Part shown: piece after piece, positions 10,363 through 20,000 of the stretch
Layout: each line of letters opens with the position of its first letter
How positions within the stretch are numbered: the first letter of the stretch is position 1
NCBI GenBank assembly: GCA_013265495.1
Contig: MU057724.1
Location: 860,734-880,733 of the forward strand
Direction of reading: 5' to 3'
DNA length: 20,000 bases
From: Vicugna vicugna
Lineage: Eukaryota
Program-made: the position numbers and the translations under genes
Notes under the pieces: generated by a model
The model's input: only the letters and a program-made list of their open reading frames with translations
What the model was told of the DNA's origin: nothing
The model's database searches: none

Positions 10363-11164
10363 GTGCACATTTCGAATTCCCAATTTATCCCTTCCCACCC
10401 CCTTTAACCCGCGTGTTTCTTGATGATTTTCAGAGTTCTCTGAGTTCCTCCAGCCGCCGAGAAGCAACTAAGGCAAAACAGAAGTCAGATCCTCAGGATC
10501 CCGAGAAAAAGGAAAACCGTGTTCCTATATGCCTTCAACATCGGCTAAAGAGCCTTATCAGAAAAATACTCTGTCCAAACACAATTTAAGATTTAAGACG
10601 TATCATTAATCAAACTAATGTTTCTAGAATTTGGCTTGAATTTTTTTAACTAATGGTAAAGAAAATGGAAAAGCTATTTCTTATCACCTTAAAATCTCCT
10701 ACCTGAAGCAGTAAGACAATCTGAGTAAACACAAAAGAGTCTCTGAAGCTGTTAGGTTAATCATGGTTGCTGTGTCTTTATTAACCCGTAGTCTAGTCTT
10801 ATTTACATGTAAATCAAAGTCTGTTCTCAACTGCTTTTGTACCTAGAAGACTGCGGGGGGGAAAGAGGAAAGGAAGTCATCTCTGGGCTCGGAAGTTCTC
10901 ACCTGTTTCCTCTGAACAGCAAGTGAACCTGGGGTGGGACAAGGAGCGTCCATTCTGCTCACTTCCCAGGACGAGGAAATGGGAAACCAAAACATAGAAC
11001 CAAAATATTTCGGGCAGCACTTCAGACTGATCCCTGGGAACCCCTTCATGGTTAATGTGGGGATTAAAGTAGGGGAGAGGGGGGTGGAAGAAGGAGAAAC
11101 TTGAAAGGGAAATAAGATGGGGGAGGAAGCTGGGGAGTGGGGAGGGCGGGAAGGAGAAAGAGTG

Positions 11165-11900
11165 GAAATAAAATCAAATGTAGAAACATAATGGTCGAAT
11201 TACTGAAAACAAAGGTAAAGAAAAACGTTAACATCAGTCAGAGGAAGAAGATACCTCATGTCACAGAAAAACAATGATGGGTGTTTTAGCTGACTTCCCA
11301 GCAGAAGCCCCAAAGCCCAGGCAATGGCATAACATCTTTAAAGTATTGAAGGAAAGAAAAGTCCGAATTCTACGGGTGCCGAAAATGCACTTCAAAACTG
11401 AAGTTGAAATAAAAACATTTTTCTGATAAGCAAAACCAGAGCTCTCTTTTCAACGCTAAAACATGTTCTTAGGATTGAAGGATTTGTAGGAAGACAAAAG
11501 ATCACTGGAGAGAATCACAGTTTGATAAATGCCAAAGATACGAGGTTTTTCCCTTTTAAAAGATACCCGACTATCTAGAGCATAAAAGCAGCATCGTACG
11601 CTGTGAGTTACAACGCACAGCGAAGTGGAAGATGCGACAAACAGCATTCGGACCGGCGAGGGGATGGTGCTGCGGGGACGCTGTGACGGATGGGAAGCTG
11701 AAGTATCTGACGACACCTGGGTGCGAGACGGTCGCACGAGGCAGCCGCAGCAGGGTAAGGCGCACACAGGTCGTGCTAGGCCCCCGTCTAGAGCAGTGGC
11801 TGCCCACGGCCGGTCCACGAGTGCTGCGGGCGTGATGACAGGGGGACGGAGCCTCCCCTTCAAGGATGCCTGCGTCTCGGTGAGTAACTGCAGGCATGAG
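11165..11900 (+). mobile_element. Old LINE-1 ORF1 C-terminal half and inter-ORF region
   Basis: Degenerate frames give RNIMVELLKTK, LADFPAE, RQWHNIFKVLKERK and MHFKTEVEIKTF, resembling ORF1p RHIIVKL/ADFSSE/RQWNNIFKVLKEK/SFKNEGEIKTF. The right boundary is uncertain because of GC erosion. Confidence 0.75.
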
Positions 11901-11953
11901 CGTGGTATCAACACTGGAGCCTCCCTACGCACACTTCAGAGCACACAGTATTT

Positions 11954-12565
11954 TTTTTTAACATTTTTTAATTGAGTTATAGTTATTCTACAATGTTGTG
12001 TCAAATTCCAGTGTAAAGCACAATTTTTCAGTTATACATGAAAATACATATAATCATTGTCACATCTTTTTCTCCGTGAGCTACCACAAGATCTTGTATA
12101 TATTTTCCTGTGCTGCACAGTATAATCTTGTTTATCTATTCTGCATTTTGAAATCCCAGTCTGTCCCTTCCCACCCTCTGCCCCCTTGGCAACCACAAGT
12201 TTGTATTCTATGTCTATGAGTCTGCTTCTGTTTTGTATTTATGTTATTTTTTTTTTTTTTTTACATTCCACATATAAGAGATCTCATATGGTATTTTTCT
12301 TTCTCTTTCTGGCTTACTTCACTTAGAATGACATTCTCCAGGGACATCCATGTTGCTGCAAATGGCATTATGTTGTCAGTTTTTATGGCCGAATAGTATT
12401 CCATTGTATAAATATACCACCTCTTCTTTATCCAGTCCTCTTTTGATGGACATTTAGGCTGTTTCCATGTCTTGGCTACTGTAAATAGTGCTGCTATGAA
12501 CATCGGGGTGCAGGTGTCTTTTTGAAGTAGGGTTCCTTCCAGATATATGCCCAGGAGTGGGGTTA
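11954..12565 (-). mobile_element. Young 5'-truncated LINE-1 (camelid L1_Vpa-like): ORF2 C-terminus, 3'UTR and poly(A)
   Basis: About 100 uninterrupted codons, TPLLGIYLEGTLLQKDTCTPMFIAALFTVAKTWKQPKCPS...MPFAATWMSLENVILSEVSQKEKEKYHMRSLICGM*, stop at 12261. 17-bp TSD cagagcacacagtattt (11937-11953) / cagagcagacagtattt (12566-12582). Confidence 0.95.
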
Positions 12566-13269
12566 CAGAGCAGACAGTATTTCTGATTATCCCTGAGGCC
12601 TTGGGACACAGAGACTCAGCACACACGTGATTAAAGGCACATGTCGTGTCGACTTGCTGTCCCCGCTGCTCGCTGGTGCTGGTGCTGTTGAGTTTGAGTC
12701 TGGTCTCTCCAGGGATGGCCAGACCCTCCTGGATTCCACAGAGTGTGTGACACAGTTAGTTGTTGACGTGAGCAAAATGGGGTCCTTTGAGCCACTGGAC
12801 ATTCACAAAGATGCAGGAACTTGTACAGAAGTCAGGATCCACATTAGGAAAACTGGGGGCAACCTCGACGCGGTAGTGCCTGTGCCAGTTTCTGGCTAAA
12901 ACAGTCAAAGCACACTAATGTCAAAGCCAGGCCTTGGACCAAGGAGCGGCCAGTCACCCACGGGGAGGGGAAGTGCAGGAGCCAGGCTGCTGGGGCCCCA
13001 CATTGCATCCTGCACCAGCCGTGTGGACGTCTCCCCACTGACGGTGTCACACCCTCCTTCCAGGTCATATGGAGAGAGCCTGAGTGCACAGCATGGATGC
13101 TTCCCAGAGAGCTGCTCACACGACAGGTTCAAGGGCAGGGTCGCCCACAGTCTCGTTCTGGCGCACCCTCAGTGACACCTGGAGACGAGGCTTTGCTGCT
13201 TCAGGGCAGGACGACAGGTGTTGTCCCCTTTGCCGAGGCAAAGGGGAGGACTGGTCCCTGAAGCTTCCT

Positions 13270-14350
13270 GGTAACCCTTGCAGTTCTTCTCTCCTCGTGT
13301 TTCCTTCCGTCGGGTGGCAGCTCCTGCCATGGCAGGCGCTGAGTCAGTGTCTCCTAGAGCTGATCACCTGTGACTGCACACCCGTGATGCGGCAGGTGTC
13401 CATCCCTCGTCCCTTGTTGTCAGGTACTCTGTTGTGTGATGTGCTGCTGTCTCTTTGTCCATTAATCTGCTGAGGGGTGTTTCGGCCATTTCCAATTCGG
13501 GGCTGTTATCTCCAAGAACGCAGGAACGCATGCTTTTCCTTCTCTTGGGTAAATAATGAGGAGCGGATGAAGGGTTAGGGTACGTGCGTGTCGTCATCTT
13601 AGGAACCCGGCAGGCTGTTTGCGAGCCCTTGTGCCATTTCCTTCCCGCGTGTGAGGGTTTCGGCCGCTTCATGTGCCTCACACCCCTGCCAGCGCCTGGG
13701 GGTCCTGGAGCGCAGACTCTGTCGGGTGAGTTGTGGTGCGCCACTGCTATGGTTTTAATTTGCATTTCCGTCATATCTACCTATGTTGAGCATCTTTTAT
13801 GTACTTATTCGTCATCCAAATATTTTTCGGTGTGAATTGGCTGATATTATGCCCAAGGTTTTATTTGGTTGTTTGCTTTATTGTTAAATTTGAGTGTTTT
13901 TAAAACTCTGATATTAAGCCGTCTGTCCTATATGAGATGCAAAGTGCATCTCTTCTGTGTGCTGCTTGTCTGTCATTCTTAAAAGTATCTTTTAAACAAC
14001 ATGAAAACTTGAATTCTAAGAAAGTCCAAATCATCAATTATCTCCTTTAGTACATTGTGCTTTCGATATTATATACAGAAATTATTTGATTGTCTCAAGC
14101 TCAGGAAGACTTTTTTCCTGTGTTTTTTCATCAAGTGTTTTTCATTTTTAGGTTTTTCTTTCAGGTCTGCAAGCATGTTGGGTTAATTTTTTAAAATGGT
14201 GTCAAAATATGCTTTTTGCATGTGAGTATCCAATTATTTCAGTAATATTTGTTGAAAATTCTATAGTTTCTCCAACTAATTGTCTTCATACCTTAGTTTA
14301 AAATGAACTGACCATGTTTATATAACATGTTGCCATATTCTATATTTTGT
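13270..14350 (-). mobile_element. Old LINE-1 (L1M-type) ORF2 3' part, antisense
   Basis: tggttttaatttgcatttcc (translates as EMQIKT), tgttgagcatctttt, ttctcttgggtaaata, aagtccaaatcatcaatt, tttttgcatgtgagtatccaattatttcagtaatatttgttgaaaa. Confidence 0.85.
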
Positions 14351-14364
14351 TTCATATATAATCA

Positions 14365-14772
14365 TGTAAAATAATAAAAAAGAACAGAAATCAATAAAAT
14401 AAAAATCAGAAACTGAATTGAGAAGATTGAGAAAGCAAAAAGTTTGTTATTTTGAAAATACTGATTAAATTAATAAACATCTAGCAAGAATAATGCAGAC
14501 ACAAAGAGATAAAACAAACATCCAAAATCAAGAATGAAATAACAGCGTCCCCCAAACCCTTGCAGAAGGACGCTAAGGAAATACTAGAGCAGTCACATAT
14601 CAGTACCTTAGACAACGTAAGTAAAATTGACAAGCGGCTTTAAAAATGGGAACTCTTAACAGTAAATAAAACGAATTTATAATGTAAAGGCTTCCTACGG
14701 AAAAGTCTAGGTCCGGTTTGGCTGAATGCAGCCAAACGTTTTCAGGAAAATAAATGAGTTTTATACACAGCC
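14365..14772 (+). mobile_element. Old LINE-1 ORF2 (between endonuclease and RT), left of the ERVL-like insertion
   Basis: A-rich sense L1: agaaatcaataaaataaaaa, aaaaagtttgttattttgaaaa, aattaataaacatctagcaaga, ggaaaagtctaggtcc. Collinear with the sequence resuming near 15960. Confidence 0.8.
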
Positions 14773-15959
14773 TGTCCGAGTCGATGGGTGGGTGAGAGTG
14801 GGCCCTCAGGCCTCTGCGTGCAGGTGGGACCAGGGACCGTCGGCCGTGAGGCCCCCTGGCGCGCGTGCACCAGGCTGGCCCCCTGGCACTTCCCACCGGC
14901 CCGCTGCAGCGGAGCGGCTGGTTGCTAGGGGACGCTGGTTGCTAGGAGACTCGGGGTCCCTGGGAGCTCTCTGCTGTGCGGCTGCTGCTCAGCCTCAGTC
15001 CCTCGCTCGCGCGCTCGCTCTGTCCTGGCTGCGCACCTCTCTCTCCCAGCTCCTCCATCACTTTCTCTCAGACGTTACCCCTCATGTATTTGACTCCTTC
15101 TGCTTCTCGCCTCAAAGAAACTAAAACCTTGGAGAAAATGGATGACGCCGGGAGCGGTCTGAGAGAACAAGCAGCTTCGGTTCAGTCCAGTTGCCCCACG
15201 GAAAGAGCAGGGCGGCCCTGACCACGCGGGGCAGGAGGAGCCTGCGCGCAGCCCCGGGATGAGACCGGGGCCCCTCCTGCTCAGTCCTGGACACCTTTTC
15301 ACTGGGAACTGACGTCTCCAGCCATCCTGGACTCAGACAGGTGTAATTTCCAAGGGTCCAGCCTCTGAGACCTGCCCAGAGCGTAGATGAAGTTGGGAGA
15401 CGCGGTGTGAAGGTGGAGGAGGAGAGGCTCTGACAGCGGGCAGCAACCTCAGCGTAGCTGTGGTGACTGGACGTGAGGTGACCCGGGAGCTCCTCTGCTG
15501 CTTCCCCCAGGTGGAGGTGCACAGCATCCTTGGGGGGCTTCCTGAGCTGGTGTTAACAGCAGGTCCCCTCCTGAGCCCCAGGGGTCCCCATGAGCATCTG
15601 CTCTCTGGCTCCAGCTGGAAGCAGGGCACGGAGGCCAGCATGCATGAACGTTCTGTCCCGGCCAGCGATAGGGTGAGCAGGGAGTGAGGCAGGCCTGCTG
15701 GGTGCAGAGATCCTCGCAGGTGACGCGGGAGGCCTCCCTGATGCTGGACCAAACTGCCTCAGCACCGCACTGCAGGCCGAGGTGCTTCCCCAGCCTTCCT
15801 CCCTCCCTCCCTGCTTCCCCTGGGGCCAGAATTGCACTGAGGTCTGACGGCTCTCCCGGCTTCAGCGAGCTCTCTTCCATTTTCTCTTATGTGCATTTTT
15901 CCTAATGCATTTATTTCATGTTTAAAAATATCTTGCTGCCAGAGGACTTGAACTAACCA
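14773..15959 (+). mobile_element. Internally deleted ancient ERVL-type provirus (LTR33-like LTRs, ERV3-16A3-like internal stub)
   Basis: 3' LTR (about 15530-15959): aactgcctcagcaccgcactgcaggccgagg...gaggtctgacggctctccc...cagaggacttgaactaacca resembles LTR33. The 5' LTR ends ...ctgcttctcg...aaactaa near 15125, followed by a degenerate tRNA-Leu PBS-like tgacgccgggagcggtctgagagaac near 15143. The flanking L1 is collinear across the element. No TSD recognised. Confidence 0.6.
14917..14950. promoter_or_regulatory. Tandem RFX X-box pair (17-bp direct repeat)
   Basis: gctggttgctaggggac / gctggttgctaggagac. The reverse complements GTCCCCTAGCAAC and GTCTCCTAGCAAC fit the RFX palindrome GTNNCC-N-RGYAAC. 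Local GC is about 72% with many CpGs. Confidence 0.6.
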
Positions 15960-17710
15960 AATAAAGGAGAAAATAACATATTCCAAAGTATTTTAATAAA
16001 GTCAGAAAAGACCTAAAGCCAAAACCTGAGATATGTGACAGAAATGAAAAGTATAGAGTAATATTCTTATAAACATAGAATCAAAAATCATCAATAAAAT
16101 GTTATCAAATCAAACCAACATAAAAACAAAAAACCCCATAATAATCCAGTGAGGTTTATTCCAGAAATATATGTTTGGTTGAACATTTGAAAATAAATGA
16201 AATAATACAGCATATTAAAAGAATAAAAGAGAAAAAATATATAATCTTAATAGGTGAAAAAAATCATTTGACAAAATTTCAGTCTTTCTTTATAAAAAAT
16301 AATCAGTGCATTAAAAGAACTTTCTCAAATTAATAAAGAACATGAACAAAAATCTACAAGTCACATCACATTTAATGTTGAAACACTAAGCCCTTTTACC
16401 CCGAGGTTGGGATTTAGGCAAACGTGCTTCCTCTCCACCTCTCCACTTCTGTGCAACGCTGCCCTGGGTCACTGCCAGTGTAATAAGACAGGCAAAGAAC
16501 GTAAGGACGAAGACGGAGAAGGGTGAGATCAAAGTCTATTAACAGATGACAATTGTCTATGTGGGAAATCTTAAGGAAGTGACCAAAAAGACTCCTAGAA
16601 TAATTAATCAATTTAACAAGTTAAGCGATTACAGTGTCAAAATACAAAACTCAATTGTATTTATATGATAGCAACAAGAAATTTGAAAATTAAATTTAAA
16701 AAAATACTAAAGCCTTGATTAAAAAAAAGATCTAAATGAAAAAAGATGCATATTTTGTTGACGGGTTGGAAGACTCAATCTTGTTAAACTGTTGCCTGTC
16801 CCAAAATTGAGTGAAAATTAATTCAACCTCAGGCAAGACCCTACAGGCTTCTTACTTGTAGAAAATACACAATGTAATTCTGCAAATTGTGTGAAAATAT
16901 AAAGGATCTAGAATGAGTCCCTAAAAATATTGAAAAATGAAATAACATTGGGATACACTGATTTCAAGGACTTGAAGGCTACACTAATCAAGAGTGTGAC
17001 ACTGGTATTAATGATGGATGAGTATTTCATTGGAGCCAAACATGCAGTTCAGAGATAGACCTGAACATTTATTACTCACTGATTTTTCTCAAGAAAGCCA
17101 AAGTAGTTCAACAGACAAACGGTTATCTTCTTAACGAAACAGGTTGAACAGTTTCTTAGATAATTAAACATACACTTGCCGTATGACCTGAGAATTCCAC
17201 TCTGAGGCATTTACCCAAGATAAATAAAAACAGATGTCGACAGAGAGGCTTGAACATGAAATGTGCATAACAGCTTCGTTCATAAAAACCGAAAGGTGGA
17301 GTAACTCCAACGTGTGCCTGCAGGTGAACAGATGAACGTGAAGCGATGTCGTCATGCCATGAACTGCGGCTGGACCATAATGACAAGTAACCAGACATCG
17401 ACAGGGACTTCACTGATGACTCTAAAACTCCGCAGACTGCAGAAGCAGCCAGACAAGAGCGCATACCAAACTGCACTGTTTACACGGCATCTGCAGCAGG
17501 CAACTGACCCTTAGTGACTGAAACCAGAGCAGTGGTTCCCGTGTGCTGGGCACGGGTGTGGCTGCTGGAAAGGGACAATGAAGGAAGACTCTGGGATGAC
17601 AGACATTTTTACTATTTTGGATGTGTTGGCCACAGGGGTCTACATATTTGTCAAAATCAATGGAAACTTACTTAAAATGTCTTAACATTGTTGCATGCAA
17701 ATTTTCCATC
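15960..17710 (+). mobile_element. Old LINE-1 (L1MC/L1ME-like) ORF2 RT region through 3'UTR, degenerate, with an internal deletion near 17150
   Basis: aacatagaatcaaaaatcatcaataaaat (NIDAKILNK-like), gaggtttattccagaaat (GFIPG), acagatgacaattgtctatgtgg (ADDMIVY-like), gggttggaagactcaat (WIGRLN), tatgacctgagaattccactctgaggcatttaccc, and 3'UTR tatttgtcaaaatcaa. Confidence 0.88.
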
Positions 17711-17724
17711 TTTGGAGCTGATTT

Positions 17725-18165
17725 GATAAAACTGAACATATATGTTCCATATTACACAGCAATTCATCAGTAGGTAACTATATATTATGACAGAAGCCCT
17801 GATTTACAATATTCATACCACTTCTATTTATAACAACCCTACAGTGGAAACTAGCCGGATATGTGTTAATAGCAGAATGCATAATTATTTGTGGTGGATT
17901 CAGCCAGTGTACCACTATCGCGCAGCGAGACTGACTGGACCACCTCTACAGGGAACAGCACGGGCGGATTTCACAAGCACAGTGCTGACAAAAAATACAG
18001 ACACAAAAGTCTTTATGTTGCATCGTTTCAGTTCCTAAAGTATGAGTGTCATTAAATCTAATAGAGTAATGGTCAAAATTGTGGTCAGAGCGCTGGTTAC
18101 CTTTGGGCTGTGGTTGGAGGAAGGAATGTGGGGGCTTCCAGAATATGAATAATATTCTGATATGT
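17725..18165 (+). mobile_element. Second ancient L1 (L1ME-like) ORF2 end / 3'UTR fragment in tandem
   Basis: aaaactgaacata...cagcaattc, aatagcagaatgcataattatttgtggt, tttcacaagcacagtgctga...cagacacaaaag, tggttacctttggg, gggggcttccaga. Confidence 0.7.
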
Positions 18166-19384
18166 CAGGACAAATTTACCTTTTCTATTGCCCCTTTTAA
18201 AAATTGTTTTCAATGCCTTCTTTGTTATACTCAGCAGTGTGCCCTCCCTGTTTGCACTAGCTTTTTTCTTATTTCATGCCAACTTCTTAAATGGTATAAG
18301 AAATGGTGTCAGCAAATGAATGCTGTCTTGTGAATTTGTTCATTTTTGTGAACTTTTGTTTCCTAGCCTCAACAAAATTAAAATGTTTGTGCATATAAAT
18401 CAACTTTCATGTACTTTATTCCCAGACTCCTCAACAGGGCGTGAAGCACACGGGAGAATTCTCACATACGCTCAGCCTGTGGGTACACATGCTGGTCTGG
18501 TGCTGGCATTCGTTCCTGTGGGTCTGGAACTGTGCCTGGCTGTGCAAGGCAAGCAAGGAGTGTACCCATGACCTGGAACACCGTTTCTTGGTTACTTAGC
18601 CTTTATGTAGGGGCCCCTGAGTGCAACTATAGGACTATAGCATGGACTTTCAATGTTGTTAGCCATTAAGAATCGTAAGAAATTTTTTCAAGGGAAGAAC
18701 GGGAATTATTCAGACCTCAAATTATATAACAAAAATCAGCAGTAATTCTTTGTTTATGCTGAAATGAACTTCATGAAATAAAAGAACCCCAACATTCCCA
18801 TAGTCTGTCACTCCCATCTCTGTAATTTTTTCCAGCTCTGCACAGTCATCTTTAGGGTCCAGTTCTCACCACGGTAACCTGGATTCTCTCCCACAGTCAG
18901 CTGAGAGCTGATGGATGGCATCTCCACAACCTCCGTATTTAGCTGTTAGCTGGCTTCAAACGTAGTGGGAACATCTACGCTGAGAGTATGAGCAAGTACC
19001 AACCCCTGGCGCTTTCTCCCCGTGAGCCCCAGCTGCCAAGTGTCACAGCCTGTGACTGTTTGTGAAATTCTGCTGCGTTTCTTGATCATCTGAGGTTGCT
19101 CGTGAGGTTGGCGTGCCCGTGCCCCGGCATTCCCCCTCTGTCTGTCTTCAGCTTTCCTGCTCTATGTCTGTTTTTCTGAATGGAAGACCACGCCACACAT
19201 TTTACCTTAAATATAATGGGTCATTGTCTTCTGATTTGAAACTCATTGTATCTGTGGCCAATCATACTGCTTTTCTTCATTCATTTTCACGAATGATTTA
19301 GTGTTTTGACGCGGGTACCCAAAGGGTTTTGTTTTTCTTTTTACATGAAAATGGCTTTACTAGAGTCGTTTTCTTAAAAAGATG

Positions 19385-19603
19385 TTTTTTTAATCGAGGC
19401 ACAGTTGTTTCACAACGTTGCGTTAATGTCTGGTTTACAGCTCAGTGATTCAGTTGTGCGTGCATATGTGTTCCTGTTCACATTCTTTTTCATCAAAGGC
19501 CATTGCAAGGTACTGAGTACAGTTCCCTGTGCTCTGCAGTGAGACCTTGTTGTTTAGCTATTTTACATACTTAGAATCTGCAATTCCCCGGCTCCCAATT
19601 CTG
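19385..19603 (-). mobile_element. Cetartiodactyl-type L1 3' end, antisense, 5'-truncated
   Basis: ttttttaatcgaggcacagttgtttcacaacgttgcgttaatgtctgg...tcagtgattcagtt...cagttccctgtgctctgcagtgagaccttgttgttt...ctcccaattc. A short TSD agatgt is possible. Confidence 0.85.
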
Positions 19604-19725
19604 TAGATGTGTAAGTGGTATCATGCGACATTTTTCTTTCTCTTTCTAGCTTTCAGTGTTGGTTATTCTCAGCTGATTTTCCCAGGAAATTATTGGCATT
19701 CTCAAAATATAGACTCAACTCAAGT

Positions 19726-19874
19726 NNNNNNNNNNNNNNNNNNNNNNNNNNNNNNNNNNNNNNNNNNNNNNNNNNNNNNNNNNNNNNNNNNNNNNNNNNN
19801 NNNNNNNNNNNNNNNNNNNNNNNNNNNNNNNNNNNNNNNNNNNNNNNNNNNNNNNNNNNNNNNNNNNNNNNNNN
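19726..19874. other. Assembly gap (149 N)
   Basis: Run of N read directly. Confidence 0.99.
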
Positions 19875-20000
19875 TGATTTTATGTCTAATTTAACACTTT
19901 AATCTGCAATTTTCTCTAATGTTTCCAACTTTTTACCTGAGCTGTTTTTCTCTTCATATCTTTCCATTCATTAATGAATTAATTTCTGAGTCATGTCATT

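Noticed and set aside
10434..10589. Possible terminal coding exon (ttttcag|SSLSSSSRREATKAKQKSDPQDPEKKENRVPICLQHRLKSLIRKILCPNTI*)
   Set aside because: The peptide is not recognised, the upstream pyrimidine tract is partly antisense L1, and no partner exons were found.
11456..11975. Stacked ORFs on both strands (also at 7846-8574 and 14600-15986)
   Set aside because: Stop-codon depletion in GC-rich DNA explains them. The peptides are low-information (R/P/G/A/S-rich) with no recognisable domain.
12261..12626. 121-aa ORF as a host CDS
   Set aside because: It is the C-terminus of a 5'-truncated L1 ORF2 fused to flanking DNA.
13270..17710. Divergent L1 pair as a twin-priming inversion
   Set aside because: Both arms contain the same ORF2 3' region (about 14250-14320 versus 17060-17140, and both 3' ends), so they are independent insertions.
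18170..18420. Possible ancient antisense L1ME fragment
   Set aside because: It is T-rich with only scattered L1-like words and is not alignable with confidence.
19607..19902. ORFs spanning the N run
   Set aside because: They are artefacts of the assembly gap.
1..20000. CRISPR array, operon or prokaryotic-type system
   Set aside because: There are no regularly spaced repeats or gene-dense organisation, and the L1/MIR/LTR content shows mammalian nuclear DNA.

Overview
Mammalian, repeat-dense, apparently non-coding DNA. The young L1 3' ends look cetartiodactyl and probably camelid, which is an inference from recalled L1 3'UTR sequence. I recognise no host protein-coding gene, RNA gene or CRISPR array; the only recognisable peptides in the ORF track are LINE-1 ORF1/ORF2 remnants. 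About half the window is L1 fragments of several ages. It also holds a 627-bp solo LTR that splits an L1, an internally deleted LTR33/ERVL-like provirus inside an old L1 ORF2, a MIR, a (TG)16 microsatellite and a 149-N gap. The most notable observations are: (1) a 17-bp tandem duplication forming two RFX X-boxes in a CpG-rich ancient LTR, a candidate exapted promoter; (2) short tracts where normally AT-rich L1 sequence is 63-72% GC, consistent with GC-biased gene conversion; (3) a non-repeat CpG island flanked by strong outward-facing splice donors; (4) odd L1 nesting. I see no convincing evidence of a wholly new biological system. Repeat subfamily names come from recalled consensus sequences, not a database search.
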